Positions 28,748-39,700 of a stretch of 64,000 nucleotides of DNA are shown in pieces. A program made the translations under genes and the position numbers. The number at the start of each line of letters is the position of its first letter. Position 1 is the first letter of the stretch. The DNA is taken from assembly GCA_963796455.1 (NCBI GenBank), contig CAWCLO010000001.1:800001-864000 (forward strand), read 5' to 3'. This DNA is from Candidatus Sulfomarinibacteraceae bacterium. Its GTDB lineage: Bacteria; Acidobacteriota; Thermoanaerobaculia; Thermoanaerobaculales; Sulfomarinibacteraceae. The notes below the pieces were generated by a model. The model was given only the letters and a program-made list of their open reading frames with translations, was not told where the DNA came from and did not search any database.

Positions 28748-29602
28748 ATGAAACACAGCGAGGGCTGGACCGAGAGCCGGGACGACAACCGGCTGTATTG
28801 GCAACGATGGCAGCCGAAGGGAGAGGCCCGAGCCGTGATCATCTATGTTCATGGCCTGTCGGAGCACTCCGGGCGTTATACCCACGTCATGCGCCACTTC
28901 GCCGAACGGGGCTTCGATGGCTGGGCGGTCGACTACCGGGGCCACGGACAAAGCCCGGGTCGCCGCGTCCACGTCCGTCGCTTCGATGACTACCTGCTCG
29001 ACCTCGAGGCCGTGTATCGACGGATGCGCCGCGAGCAAACATGGCTGCCGTGCTTCTTTGTCGGTCACTCCCAAGGCGGTCTGCTCACTCTACGCTATGC
29101 GTTGTCCCGACCGGAAGGTCTCAGCGGAATCGTGGTCTCGTCCCCATTCCTCAAGCTCCATCCCGACTCGGCCCCGCCGGCCCCCCTCCACATGATCGCA
29201 AATATCCTTTCGACCTTTTCGCCGACGATGATGTTTTCCAAGGTCGCAAAACCGGAACTGCTCAGCCGCGATCCAAAGGTCGGTCAGGCCTATGTCGATG
29301 ATCCGCTGGTCAGCGATACCGTGTCGGCGCGTTGGTTTGCATCGATTCTCGGGGCTCAGGCAGACACCCGGCGGCGTCCATCGGAACTTTCACTTCAGGC
29401 ATTGATCATGCAGTCGGGTGATGACCGGCTGGTGGATCCGGCTGCCACCCTTGAATGGGCTGAAGCGGCGCCGACGGAACTGGTGGAATACGAGGAGTGG
29501 GAAGGTTTCTACCACGAAATGTTCAATGAAAACGGCAAGGAAATGGTCTTCGATCGGATGGAGGCCTGGTTCGAGGCGCGACTCGAGGAGATTGGGAGCT
29601 AG
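28748..29602 (+). CDS. Alpha/beta hydrolase (lysophospholipase-like)
   Basis: HGLSEHSGRY, DYRGHG, GHSQGG, YHE. Confidence 0.92.
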   Translation: MKHSEGWTESRDDNRLYWQRWQPKGEARAVIIYVHGLSEHSGRYTHVMRHFAERGFDGWAVDYRGHGQSPGRRVHVRRFDDYLLDLEAVYRRMRREQTWLPCFFVGHSQGGLLTLRYALSRPEGLSGIVVSSPFLKLHPDSAPPAPLHMIANILSTFSPTMMFSKVAKPELLSRDPKVGQAYVDDPLVSDTVSARWFASILGAQADTRRRPSELSLQALIMQSGDDRLVDPAATLEWAEAAPTELVEYEEWEGFYHEMFNENGKEMVFDRMEAWFEARLEEIGS

Positions 29603-29829
29603 CCCGGCTGTTCGCCACTCGATACTCGATACTCGATGCTGGATGCTGTATCCCGAGCCCGTTGCCGTTATCGAAAGGGAGAAAGGGAGATCGCCAGTCC
29701 ACCCTCTCCGATCTCGAAAGGAAGAATCGCCCATCACGGGTATCCCATGTATGTGAACTCCGCCCCCCGATGTCATCCTCAGCGGAACACGCGACCCCGG
29801 TGTCTCCTGTCTGCGCACAGCGCCAAATG

Positions 29830-29950
29830 ATGTCATCCTGAGCGCAGCCCGCCCTGGGGCGGAGTCGAAGGATCTATGAGATGGACTGAAACGCCCGTGA
29901 ACCGCAGATCCTTCGACTCGGCCGTCGGACGGCCTCCCTCAGGATGACAT
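29830..29950. repeat. REP-like palindrome ATGTCATCCTGAG...GTCGAAGGATCT / AGATCCTTCGAC...CTCAGGATGACAT
   Basis: Complete two-arm palindrome; single arms recur at ~44551-44632 and ~53812-53896. Confidence 0.85.
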
Positions 29951-30042
29951 ATTGAACGATTGTGCCGTTCCCGATCCCGATCCCGTTCCCGAAAGAAATA
30001 AACGGGCCCTACCGGCTCGTCGTTCGTGAAAAGGGCCGAGTC

Positions 30043-30114
30043 TCCTCTGCTCCTCTGCTCCTCTGCTCCTCTGCTCCTCTGCTCCTCTGCTCCTCTGCTC
30101 CTCTGCTCCTCTGC
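30043..30114. repeat. Perfect 8-mer tandem repeat (TCCTCTGC)x9
   Basis: Nine exact units abutting the yidD stop codon. Confidence 0.95.
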
Positions 30115-30363
30115 TCAATCTGAATCGTCGGATCCCGGCGACTCCCGCGGCGGCACCGGATCGTATCCTCCCGGGTGGAAGGGGTGGCATTTTCCGATGC
30201 GCTTGATGGCCATCCAGACGCCGAGTAGACCGTGGGTCTCGATCGCCTCGGCCGCATAGACCGAACAGGTCGGTTCGAAACGGCACGCCGGCGGCATGAA
30301 CGGCGAAATAAACCGTTTGTAGAAACGGGCCGGAGAAGCGACAACGCGCCACAGCAGACTCAT
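30115..30363 (-). CDS. yidD: Membrane protein insertion efficiency factor
   Basis: [40 protein letters not shown]. Confidence 0.93.
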   Translation of the reverse strand: MSLLWRVVASPARFYKRFISPFMPPACRFEPTCSVYAAEAIETHGLLGVWMAIKRIGKCHPFHPGGYDPVPPRESPGSDDSD

Positions 30364-30403
30364 CGGAAGGGTTATTCTACCGAAGTCGAAAAGGAGGCGA
30401 ACA

Positions 30404-30793
30404 ATGAGCGAAAATCGAAACATCATCTCAACCAACGAGGCCCCGGGAGCGGTCGGTCCTTACTCCCAGGCCGTCGCATCCGGCAACTTCGTTTTCACCG
30501 CCGGTCAGATCCCCATCAACCCCGCCAGCGGCCAGATCGAGGCCGAGACCATCGAAGACCAGACCCGGCAGGTGCTGCGCAACGTGGACGGCGTCCTCCG
30601 TGCCGCCGGCAGTGGGCTCAACCGGATCGTCAAGATGACGGTCTTCATGACCGACCTCGGTGATTTTCAGAGGATGAACGGCGTCTATGCGGAGTTTTTT
30701 CCATTCGAACCGCCGGCTCGCTCGGCCGTCCAGGTGGTCGCGTTGCCGCTCGGCGTACAGATCGAGATGGAAGCGGTCGCACTCGCTCCCTGA
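30404..30793 (+). CDS. ridA: RidA/YjgF family enamine/imine deaminase
   Basis: [35 protein letters not shown]. Confidence 0.93.
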   Translation: MSENRNIISTNEAPGAVGPYSQAVASGNFVFTAGQIPINPASGQIEAETIEDQTRQVLRNVDGVLRAAGSGLNRIVKMTVFMTDLGDFQRMNGVYAEFFPFEPPARSAVQVVALPLGVQIEMEAVALAP

Positions 30794-30798
30794 GCGAA

Positions 30799-30892
30799 CG
30801 AGAGTTCGGAGTTCGGAGTTCAGCGTACCGCTCCGCCGCCACTTGACGGACGGAGAGGTTTTGATCTCCGAACTCCGAACTCCGAACTCTCG
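30799..30892. repeat. Inverted 7-mer palindrome (GAGTTCG)3...(CGAACTC)3
   Basis: Perfect 23-bp arms at 30799-30821 and 30870-30892. A TATGAT -10-like box follows at 30899. Confidence 0.9.
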
Positions 30893-30934
30893 CCCTGTTA
30901 TGATCAGCCGGTTTCGCGCCCTGGAGGGAATCGC

Positions 30935-32917
30935 GTGCAGCAGAGCATCAACTACGAAGAGGTCGGGCTGCGAGTCGGACTCGAAGTCCACCAACAATTG
31001 TTGACCGAAAAAAAGATGTTCTGCCACTGTCCTGCCGGGCTTTACACCCGGGATCACGACGGTTCGGTCCTGCGCCACATGCGACCCACTTTGTCCGAAC
31101 TCGGCGAATACGATGGCACGGCCTTGATGGAGTTCAAGACTCGTAAAAACATCGTGTACCTCCTCCACACCAGCAATGTCTGCACCTATGAAATGGACGA
31201 TACGCCGCCCTTTCTGGTCAATGAACAGGCCATCGACATCGCCATCGAGCAGTGTTTGATGCTCGGCTGCGACATCGTCGACGAGCTGCATATCGCCCGC
31301 AAGCAGTATCTGGATGGGTCCATTCCCACCGGTTTTCAACGCACCGCCATCGTCGGTGTCGAGGGCCGCCTGCCCTTTCGCGGACGCGAGCTGAGCATCA
31401 CCCAGGTCAGTGTCGAGGAAGACTCGTGCCGCGAAGTCTCCGACCGCGGCCACCTCATCGTCTGGCGTACCGATCGGCTCGGAATGCCTTTGATCGAGAC
31501 CGTCACAGGCCCCGAACTCCAGACTCCCGAAGAAGTCGAAGAGGCCATCCTGCTGGTCGGCCGGGTCTGCCGTTCCACCGGTCACGTTCGAGTCGGGATG
31601 GGTGCGAGCCGCCAAGATGTCAACGTGTCCGTCAGAGGCGGTCAGAGGGTCGAGATCAAGGGTGTGCCAAAGGCAGGATGGGCCCCGGGTCTAGTCCACG
31701 GCGAGGCGATCCGTCAGGTCAATCTCCTGGCCCTACGGGATGAACTGCACAATCGGGGATTCAAGATCGCCGATCACATCGTCATCGATCACGCCGAGGT
31801 CACGAACATGGTTTCCGACGCAGCGATCGAACTTTTCAAAGCAACGAACTGGGAGCGGTTCCTCGCCGCGGACGACCGCCGTGCCACCTTCGAACGTGGT
31901 GCGGGGCCGTTCTGCGTCCGCGCCGTGCGTCTGCGAGGCCTCGACGGAACTCTCGGGTGGCCGACGCAGCCGGACCGTGTTTTCGCCGACGAGCTCCGGG
32001 GCCGTGTGAGAGTCATCGCCGGTCTCGATCAGCATCCCGTGATTCTCGACTCGGAAGCATGGCCCGGCGAGAAAGATGCCGGGAGGCTTCTTGCCTCTCT
32101 CCGCTCCCAGATGAATTGCACACCCGATGACGGTCTTGTTGTGGTCTGGGGCCCCGAAAGGGACACCCTGACCGCCGCCGATGAAATCCGTCTCCGCTAT
32201 GTCGATGCCGTTGCAGGCGTACCGCTCGAGACCCGGCAGCCCTTTGTGGACGGCAGCACCGATTTCGAGCGAATCCTCCCCGGTCCGGATCGCATGTACC
32301 CCGATACCGACAGCCCGCCGTTGCGGCTCACTCGCGAGAGAGTCGGAAGACTTTCCGAAACACTTCCGGAAGCACCGTGGTCACGGGAGGCGCGCTACGC
32401 GGCGGCCGGTGTTCCGCGTCATCTCATCCACTACCTGATTCGCCGGGGCGGAGCTCGAATCGTCGACCTGGTCGTCAACGAATCCGACGCCGATCTCCGA
32501 CGTGCCTGCTTTTTCTTTGGCGAGCGGATCAAAGGCCTGCGCCGCAGGGGGCTCCCGGTTGACGAGGTACCCGACCGGGCGTGGTGCGAGTTCTTCACAC
32601 TGGTGACCCGGCAACCGGTGATCTGGGAGGCGTGGCGCGATCTCGTCGAATGGGTCCTGATCCACCCTGACCAAAGCCTCATCGAAGACGCCGCGACCGC
32701 CGGTTTCGGGGCCCCCGACGGGGACTGGCGTGAAACGGTCATCGGTCTGACCGAAGGACGGAGCCCGGACCACGACGACGGCAGCCTCGATCAGCGTCAC
32801 CGATTTCTGATGGGTCTGGTCATGGACGAGCTTCGCGGTCGTGTGAAGGCAACCGAGATCGCACCGATTCTCCGTGAGTTCGAGCCCGAGAACGAAATGA
32901 GTGGGAGGAGACCATGA
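30935..32917 (+). CDS. gatE: Glu-tRNA(Gln) amidotransferase subunit E (archaeal-type)
   Basis: GLEVHQQL, RPTLSELGE.D, DDTPP, DGS..TGFQRT, EEDSCR, DRLGMPLIE, RQDVNVS...G.RVEIKGV, a long internal insertion, ETR...DGST...R.LPG..RMYPDTD. Confidence 0.9.
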   Translation: MQQSINYEEVGLRVGLEVHQQLLTEKKMFCHCPAGLYTRDHDGSVLRHMRPTLSELGEYDGTALMEFKTRKNIVYLLHTSNVCTYEMDDTPPFLVNEQAIDIAIEQCLMLGCDIVDELHIARKQYLDGSIPTGFQRTAIVGVEGRLPFRGRELSITQVSVEEDSCREVSDRGHLIVWRTDRLGMPLIETVTGPELQTPEEVEEAILLVGRVCRSTGHVRVGMGASRQDVNVSVRGGQRVEIKGVPKAGWAPGLVHGEAIRQVNLLALRDELHNRGFKIADHIVIDHAEVTNMVSDAAIELFKATNWERFLAADDRRATFERGAGPFCVRAVRLRGLDGTLGWPTQPDRVFADELRGRVRVIAGLDQHPVILDSEAWPGEKDAGRLLASLRSQMNCTPDDGLVVVWGPERDTLTAADEIRLRYVDAVAGVPLETRQPFVDGSTDFERILPGPDRMYPDTDSPPLRLTRERVGRLSETLPEAPWSREARYAAAGVPRHLIHYLIRRGGARIVDLVVNESDADLRRACFFFGERIKGLRRRGLPVDEVPDRAWCEFFTLVTRQPVIWEAWRDLVEWVLIHPDQSLIEDAATAGFGAPDGDWRETVIGLTEGRSPDHDDGSLDQRHRFLMGLVMDELRGRVKATEIAPILREFEPENEMSGRRP

Positions 32918-34311
32918 GCGAAACAGAACGAGATCCACTCAAAGGGTATCGGGGACGGGCCAGAGAACTGCTCGGCCGCCTCGGGGTCGAGGTCTGGTCT
33001 GACGTCCGCCTCGAGAATTCCGCCGGCAGCGTTTTCGAGGGCGTTATCCTCCCCAGGTCGGGGAATTTCGACGATCTCCACATCGTGCTCAAACTCAAGA
33101 CCGGCTACAACGTCGGCGTCCACGTCGACCGGGTCAGGTCGATCCAATCGCTCGGATACAAGGAAGCAATCTACAAGATCCCCGAACAGGAATTCCCCAG
33201 CCGCCCCGATCTTCCAAAGGTCACACTCCTCGGCACCGGCGGGACGATCGCGTCGAGGCTGGACTACCGAACCGGTGCGGTGATTCCGGCCTTCACCCCG
33301 GGCGAGCTTTACGGCGCCGTTCCCGAGCTTGCCGACATCTGCAACCTGACCACAAAAAAGATCTTTGGCGTCTTTTCCGAGAACATGGGGTGGTCGGAAT
33401 ATGTTGCCCTCGCCGAAAACATCGGCAGCGAGGTCGAAGCCGGAGCGGATGGCATCGTCATAGGTCACGGCACCGACACAATGGGTCACACGGCTGCAGT
33501 CCTGAGCTTCATGGTTCAACAGTCCCCGGTGCCGATCGTTCTGGTCGGAAGCCAACGATCCTCGGATCGACCTTCTTCGGATGCCGCACTCAATCTCATC
33601 CACGCAGTACGGTTTGCCGCCCTGGGCGACATTGCCGAAGTCCAGATCTGCATGTTCGGTCCGACCTCGGATCGCTACGGACTACTCCATCGCGGCACCC
33701 GATGCCGCAAAATGCATTCCTCCTATCGCAGCACCTTCCGAACCATCGGCGACATCCCCTTGTGCCGGGTCAGCAGCGACGATTTCACGATGCTGACTGA
33801 TGATTATCTTCGCCGGGACCCGACTCGGAAGATCCAAATCGACACCGCCTACGACGACCGGGTGACGATTCTCTACTACTACCCCGGCATGAAACCCGAT
33901 CTTGTCGATGCACTGGTCGAGAAGGGGTACCGGGGAATCGTCATCGCCGGCACCGGCCTCGGGCACGTCAACGGGCCGCTTTACCCCGCTCTCGAACGAG
34001 CCGTTGCGGCAGGAGTCCACATTGTCATGACGGTCCAGACCCTGTGGGGTTTCGCGCAGATGTACGTCTATGAGACCGGACGCGACCTGCTCGATATCGG
34101 CGTTGTTCCGCTCGAGAACATGCTGCCGGAAACAGCTCTCATGAAGCTCGGCTGGGTATTGGGACACACCGACGACCACGACCGGGTCCTCGAGATGATG
34201 CGCGAAGCCATCAGCCACGAGATCACCGAGCGGGAGCCCCACAACGGATACCTGATTCTCCAGGGCGGCCTTCCAGAGACCGAGGAGTTCACCTCGTCTC
34301 ACTGGAAATGA
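32914..34311 (+). CDS. gatD: Glu-tRNA(Gln) amidotransferase subunit D (archaeal-type)
   Basis: N-terminal VLKLKTGYNVG domain, TGGTIASRLDYRTGAV, HGTDTM, GSQRSSDRPSSDA, RKMH, GTGLGH, VYETGRDL, MLPETA. ATGA overlap with gatE. Confidence 0.93.
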   Translation: MSETERDPLKGYRGRARELLGRLGVEVWSDVRLENSAGSVFEGVILPRSGNFDDLHIVLKLKTGYNVGVHVDRVRSIQSLGYKEAIYKIPEQEFPSRPDLPKVTLLGTGGTIASRLDYRTGAVIPAFTPGELYGAVPELADICNLTTKKIFGVFSENMGWSEYVALAENIGSEVEAGADGIVIGHGTDTMGHTAAVLSFMVQQSPVPIVLVGSQRSSDRPSSDAALNLIHAVRFAALGDIAEVQICMFGPTSDRYGLLHRGTRCRKMHSSYRSTFRTIGDIPLCRVSSDDFTMLTDDYLRRDPTRKIQIDTAYDDRVTILYYYPGMKPDLVDALVEKGYRGIVIAGTGLGHVNGPLYPALERAVAAGVHIVMTVQTLWGFAQMYVYETGRDLLDIGVVPLENMLPETALMKLGWVLGHTDDHDRVLEMMREAISHEITEREPHNGYLILQGGLPETEEFTSSHWK

Positions 34312-34321
34312 TCTTGACCAA

Positions 34322-35803
34322 TCAGTGCCGGAGGCGGACGTTCTGCGGGCTGGCTATAGAACAATTCGACCGCTCGAGGACATACTCTTCCCGAGCCAGA
34401 GCGAGATTCGAGGGCTCATAGAGCGGAAGATACACCCGTTCCTCATCAAGCTCCCGCAGAGCCTGCTGGAGTAGATCGAGCCGCAGCGCGTAGTGTGATT
34501 CGTGGGCGGCAGCTTCAATCAGCCCGTCCAATTTCGAATTCGAAAGCACCGCACCGTTAAACGCGCCCAATCCGCGTTCGGAATCGCGGCTGTGGACGAT
34601 GGTGTCGAGAAATGGTGAGGCATCGGCGACGCGAAAGGTCCACGAGAAGATCGAGAGTTGATTCGCAGATTCTCCGAGGCGGCGGTAAAAATCATCATAG
34701 GCAAGGGTTCGAGTCTCGATCGTGAATCCAAGATCTTCCAGTACATCGGCGAGAACCAGTGCCACATCCGAATATGCGGCATGGAACACGATCTCGAGCA
34801 CCGTGCCCGCCGGCAGTTGAGCCTCTTGAAGCAGCGCCCGCGCCTCTTCGATGTCGGAGCCCCGGTGCCTTAGTTCGGGACTGAATCCGAAAATTTCCGG
34901 TGGGATCACCGACCAGGCGGCCCGCGCCGTACCTTCGGGAAAAACTTCGGCCACAAGCGACGAACGGTCGATTGCGAGATCGATGGCGCGGCGAACTCTT
35001 TGATTGGCAAGTGGTCCGCTGGAGACATTCAGCGCGAGGAAGGTGGTCGTGACAGCCGGACTGGCAACGAGTTGCCACCCTTCCTTGAGCGGGTGTTCTC
35101 TGACGTGACCCACCGTCACCGAGGTGGCGACGTCGATACCATCTTCTTGCAGAAGGCGGACCAACTCTTCTGAGCTCGTTGCGAACTGCAGACTGACCTC
35201 CTCGAAATCCGGTCGTGTGTTCCAATAGCGCGCCCAACTGCGGAGGGTGATCGGTCCGCTGAGCGACCCAATCTCCCACCGATAGGGCCCGGTACCAACT
35301 GGTCGTCCGGGATCAAAATCCCGGGGAACGATCGCCACCGCTTCGAGCTGAGTCAACAACAGTGGCGAAGGACGAATGGTGGCGATTTCAATCATTCCAT
35401 CGTCGAACTCATCCACCCGCACATGCTCGATGTCGGCCAATTGGTGGCCAACGAACTGACTCTGGCAAGCCCGTTTGATGGACGCGACCACGTCCTCCGC
35501 CATCAGCTCCCGACCATCGTGAAAGAAAACCCCGCTCCGAATGTGAAGCCTCCAGGTGAGGTGGTCGGGATTGTCCCAACGGTCGGCCAGCCACGGCCGG
35601 ATCGGACGCCCGGGATCAAAGCGCACCAGCCCTTCATAAACGGACGAAAGAACTGCTCGGGAGACGCTGTCGGAGTGGGCATGGGGATCCATCGTCACGA
35701 TCTCATAAGGAAACGCCATTCGAAGCCGTGTCGGGCTTTCGGTCTCTTGTGGACAACCGTAGGCGGCCACAAGAGCCATGGTAAGAAGGATCCGCATTCT
35801 CAT
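34322..35803 (-). CDS. ABC transporter substrate-binding protein, family 5 (lipoprotein)
   Basis: Lipobox AYGC, MDPH, YEGLV, FHDG..L.AEDV..S, GTGPY, RVRRAI..AIDR. Confidence 0.88.
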   Translation of the reverse strand: MRMRILLTMALVAAYGCPQETESPTRLRMAFPYEIVTMDPHAHSDSVSRAVLSSVYEGLVRFDPGRPIRPWLADRWDNPDHLTWRLHIRSGVFFHDGRELMAEDVVASIKRACQSQFVGHQLADIEHVRVDEFDDGMIEIATIRPSPLLLTQLEAVAIVPRDFDPGRPVGTGPYRWEIGSLSGPITLRSWARYWNTRPDFEEVSLQFATSSEELVRLLQEDGIDVATSVTVGHVREHPLKEGWQLVASPAVTTTFLALNVSSGPLANQRVRRAIDLAIDRSSLVAEVFPEGTARAAWSVIPPEIFGFSPELRHRGSDIEEARALLQEAQLPAGTVLEIVFHAAYSDVALVLADVLEDLGFTIETRTLAYDDFYRRLGESANQLSIFSWTFRVADASPFLDTIVHSRDSERGLGAFNGAVLSNSKLDGLIEAAAHESHYALRLDLLQQALRELDEERVYLPLYEPSNLALAREEYVLERSNCSIASPQNVRLRH

Positions 35804-35896
35804 GTGACCGGCATTTTAACCCGGTCTTCTCATCGATGTCAGTGATTCTGATCTCGATCGCATTGAAGCGTCCGATGGACCCGCCGCGGCTCGATC

Positions 35897-36679
35897 TCAG
35901 AGTTGAGAAATCTCGTCACGTACCGGATTCGTCAACGAGCCAAGACCGTCGATTTCGACGGTGACCTCGTTGCCCGGCAACAAGGGACCAACCCCCGACG
36001 GGGTTCCAGTCATGACCACGTCTCCGGGCTCGAGAGTCATCACTTGGGTGATGTAACTGATGATAAACGAGGGGCTGAAGACCATCTGATCGGTACAGCC
36101 GTTCTGCCGAAGGCGGCCATCGACCAGGCAGCGCACACCCAGCGAAGCAACCTCTTCCTCGCCGAGACCACAGGTGATCCACGGACCGAGGGGACAGAAT
36201 GTGTCAAAGCCCTTGCCGCGGGTGAATTGGTGGTCGCTTCGCTGCAGGTCACGAGCCGAGACGTCGTTGCCGCAGGTGACCCCGAGGACATTTTCCCAGG
36301 CCCCGGCCTCGCTCACATTGTGGCATCTGCGGCCGATCACCAGCGCCAATTCCGCCTCGTGATCCACGTGCTCGGAAAGCCGCGGCAGCACGATCGTTGC
36401 ACCCGGCGCTAGGAGCGAAGATGGTGGTTTGAAAAAGAGCAGAGGCTCGCTCGGAACCTCCTCCCCTCTTTCGGCAGCGTGGGCGACATAGTTGCGACCC
36501 ACGCAGATGATCTTGCTGGGTCGAATCGGTACATCGAGTACAAGTTCGTCGAGTCTGCCAAGAGACTCGCCGCAATCATGTGGCGATGAAAACGGCCCAT
36601 CTCGCAACAAGAGCACTTCACCGTCAAGGATCGATCCCCATTTCGGTCCCTCACCGGTCACAACGCGCACGATTCGCAT
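35897..36679 (-). CDS. Fumarylacetoacetate hydrolase family protein
   Basis: KIICVGRNY, HEAEL, NDVSARD, GKGFDTFCP.GP, TGTPSGVG. Confidence 0.95.
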   Translation of the reverse strand: MRIVRVVTGEGPKWGSILDGEVLLLRDGPFSSPHDCGESLGRLDELVLDVPIRPSKIICVGRNYVAHAAERGEEVPSEPLLFFKPPSSLLAPGATIVLPRLSEHVDHEAELALVIGRRCHNVSEAGAWENVLGVTCGNDVSARDLQRSDHQFTRGKGFDTFCPLGPWITCGLGEEEVASLGVRCLVDGRLRQNGCTDQMVFSPSFIISYITQVMTLEPGDVVMTGTPSGVGPLLPGNEVTVEIDGLGSLTNPVRDEISQL

Positions 36680-36778
36680 CGAGATATTCCTCCTCAGGTG
36701 ATTCTGCTACGAATTCAGATTTTGAGGGTGGACACGGCCTTGCTGGATAGGACAACGCAGCCTGATTCTCGATTCGCT

Positions 36779-39700
36779 TTATCCGAAGACCTGGTTTGCT
36801 TTTCCGATCCTCAACATCTCCTTCGTTCTCTCCGCAACGTCAACGACCTCCGGATCACTGTCCTCGAGCGCATCATTCAGGACATCTCGGGCAGGCCCCT
36901 TGTTTTCGAAGAGTATCAGCGCGCGAACCGCATTGCGCCGTACTCTCGGATCGATGTTACGGCTGAATTGCTCAATAAGTTCGAAGGCCTCGCCCTCGGC
37001 GATTTTGCCGCTGCTGATCAATTCGATCAGCACAGAGCTGGCTGCCTCCACATTCCTCCCCTCGCCGCTCTCGAGAGCGGCGATCAGAAGATCCTTGCCG
37101 GTCTTTTCCACACCATAAAAAAGCGCAAGGGCAGTGATGTGACGCACCGTTTCCGAATTGTCGTTGAGCGCATCCGCAAAACGAGGATCGGTGTCCGCGC
37201 CGATTCGAACCAGGATCCCCAGAAGATCCTCGAGGCGTTTGCTGTGGAGCCCCTGCTTCGCCCGCTGCAGAATCCGATCATTGAGAGCGACGGTGCCGAA
37301 GGTCCCAACACAATTCACCGCGTTCGCGTAGCGCGAACTGAAGCCCTCACTGGCCGCCTTGCCCGGCTCGTACTCGGGCGGCGCAATGCGCTCGGTGTCC
37401 ACCGCTAGATCGACGAAGTCCGGGAAATGACCCTCGCCGCATTCGGCCAGACCGACCGACGGTCTGTTCTGGTAGGCGTGGGCGGTGCCCCGGGTGAGCA
37501 TCATCCCCCTGCCCTGGACCTTGATCGCCAGTTCTTTCTGGTGTCTGTTGAATTCGGGACCACCACCCGGTGAGCGGAGACTCATCATCGCGAGGAGGAT
37601 CACGATGACGGCTGCAGCCGCCCCAGCCGCTTTCAACCCGATATTTCGGGTCGCGCTCTCGATGATCTGTTTGGCCGGCGCCACCCTCTCTTCGCGCTGC
37701 CTTTTCTCCGCCAACTGTTGGGTTCGTTCGCGCTCCTCGGTGCGGCTCTCGGCTCGGAATCGAACCAGCTTCTCGAGTTCCCGTTCGACCCGATCCGGAG
37801 CGAGCCAGCCATAACCTCGCCTCTCGAGATCGGTCAACAGTGCCTTGAGCTGATCTTCGGTCCATTTCGGAACCGGGGCGTTCGTGTTTTCACCTTCGCG
37901 TTGGCGAATAAAGACTTTCAGAAAGGGCAGAACTCGGTCGTCCCACGATCCGCGTTCGGGCAACTCCGGCTCCCAATCCAGGAACCACAGCCGCAGGCTC
38001 GAGTCGCTGCCGGCGGACAAGGCACCACCGCCGTCTCGGGCGATCGAAATATCCGCAATCGGACCTGCATGGCCTTCAACCACCCACACCGCGGAACCGG
38101 TCCTGGCATCCCACAGACGGATCGTGGAGTCCTTTCCCGCGGACAAGAGGAAGCGCGCGTCGGGACTGAAGGCAATCGCAAGCACGGGGCCATCATGCCC
38201 CGTCAGAACCCTCCAACACCGACCACCCTCGAGATCCCACAGGCGAACTGTTCCATCCTCTCCAGAGGATGCCGTGAGGCGACAATCCGGACTGACGGCC
38301 ACCGCATGGACCGAACCTTCGTGGCCCTCCATTCGGCGGAGCTCGGCACGCCTGCGAAGACTCCATACGGTCACCAGGCTGTTCCATCCACCACGAACGA
38401 GGTATTGCCCGTCCGCACTCGCCGCGATCGCAGACACTCCCTCCTGGCTGCTGCCCAAAAGCTCGGGCAGCAAAGAATCATCGAGTGGCCAAAGGCGCAC
38501 GGTTCCATCGTCGCCGGCCGAGATCACCGCACGTCCGTCCGGCGTGAAAACGACCGCCTGTACCGTTCCTTCGTGGCCATCAAAGCTATGGGTCTTCTTG
38601 CCGTCGGACAACTGGCCTACTCGAACCGTGTGATCGCGGCCCGCCGAGGCAAAATGCTGTCCGTCCGCACTGACTGCGACAGAAGTGACGCCCTGTTTGT
38701 GGGCATCCACGACGATCCTCTCGGCCCCGGACACGGCGTCAAAGATCCGGATGGTGCCATCACCACAACCGGCGACGCAGCCGGCGCCATCGACCGTCAA
38801 CGCACAGGCGGTCATGGGAACTTGACCGCTGCCAAAACGACGAAGCTCGACCACCGATCGCGGCGCCTCTTTCGGAAAGAAAGCCAGCACCCTGTTCCAC
38901 AGCTTGAGAGCCTCCTCGTGAAGCTCGTAGCCTCGCACTTCACGCGCCCTACGCAACGGCACGATCGCACTTTCGGCACGGCCGTTTTCGATCAGACCGC
39001 GGGCTTCTTCGAGGAAAGCCTGAAATTCCGTTTCGCGACCTGCGAGCTCTCCCGACGCGGCGGTGTCCGCAAGCACCAGCGGCAATCTGGAGGCACGTGG
39101 CTCTGGCATAGCGATCCGGCAAACTGATGATCCAAAGGCGGCCAGCAGCTCGTTCCCATCAGCGTCGGCAACTAGATCCTGAATCGGATTTGCAAGCCGG
39201 ATGACTCTCTGGGCCTCACCGCTTTCAAAGTCCCAGATTCGAATCGTGCCATCTTCGCCACCGGATGCGATCGATGAACCGATCATCGTCACGGCGGTCA
39301 CTGCTCCGCGCAGACCCCGCAGATAGCGGATATTCTCACCGGTCTTCAGGTCCCAGATCCCGACAGCTCCATCCTGGCCGCCGGAGACCGCCCAGTCACC
39401 AGTGGGATGCAATGCCAGGGCGCGTACCGGTCCTCGATGACCCTCGAGAACATGGACGCACCGACCCTGATCGAGGTTCCACACTCTGATTGAGCCGTCA
39501 GCACTGGCGGTACAGATCGATGCTTCGTTCGGATGAAAGGCAATGGCGCTGACGAATGCCTCGTGTCCTTCCAGCGTGCGTTCACACTCACCGCTCTCCA
39601 GATTCCACAGCCGGAGGCAACGGTCGGAGCCTCCACTCGCGATGACTTTGCCATCGGGTGAGGCTTCGACGCAGGTCGCGACTCCAGGGTGGGTCCTGAG

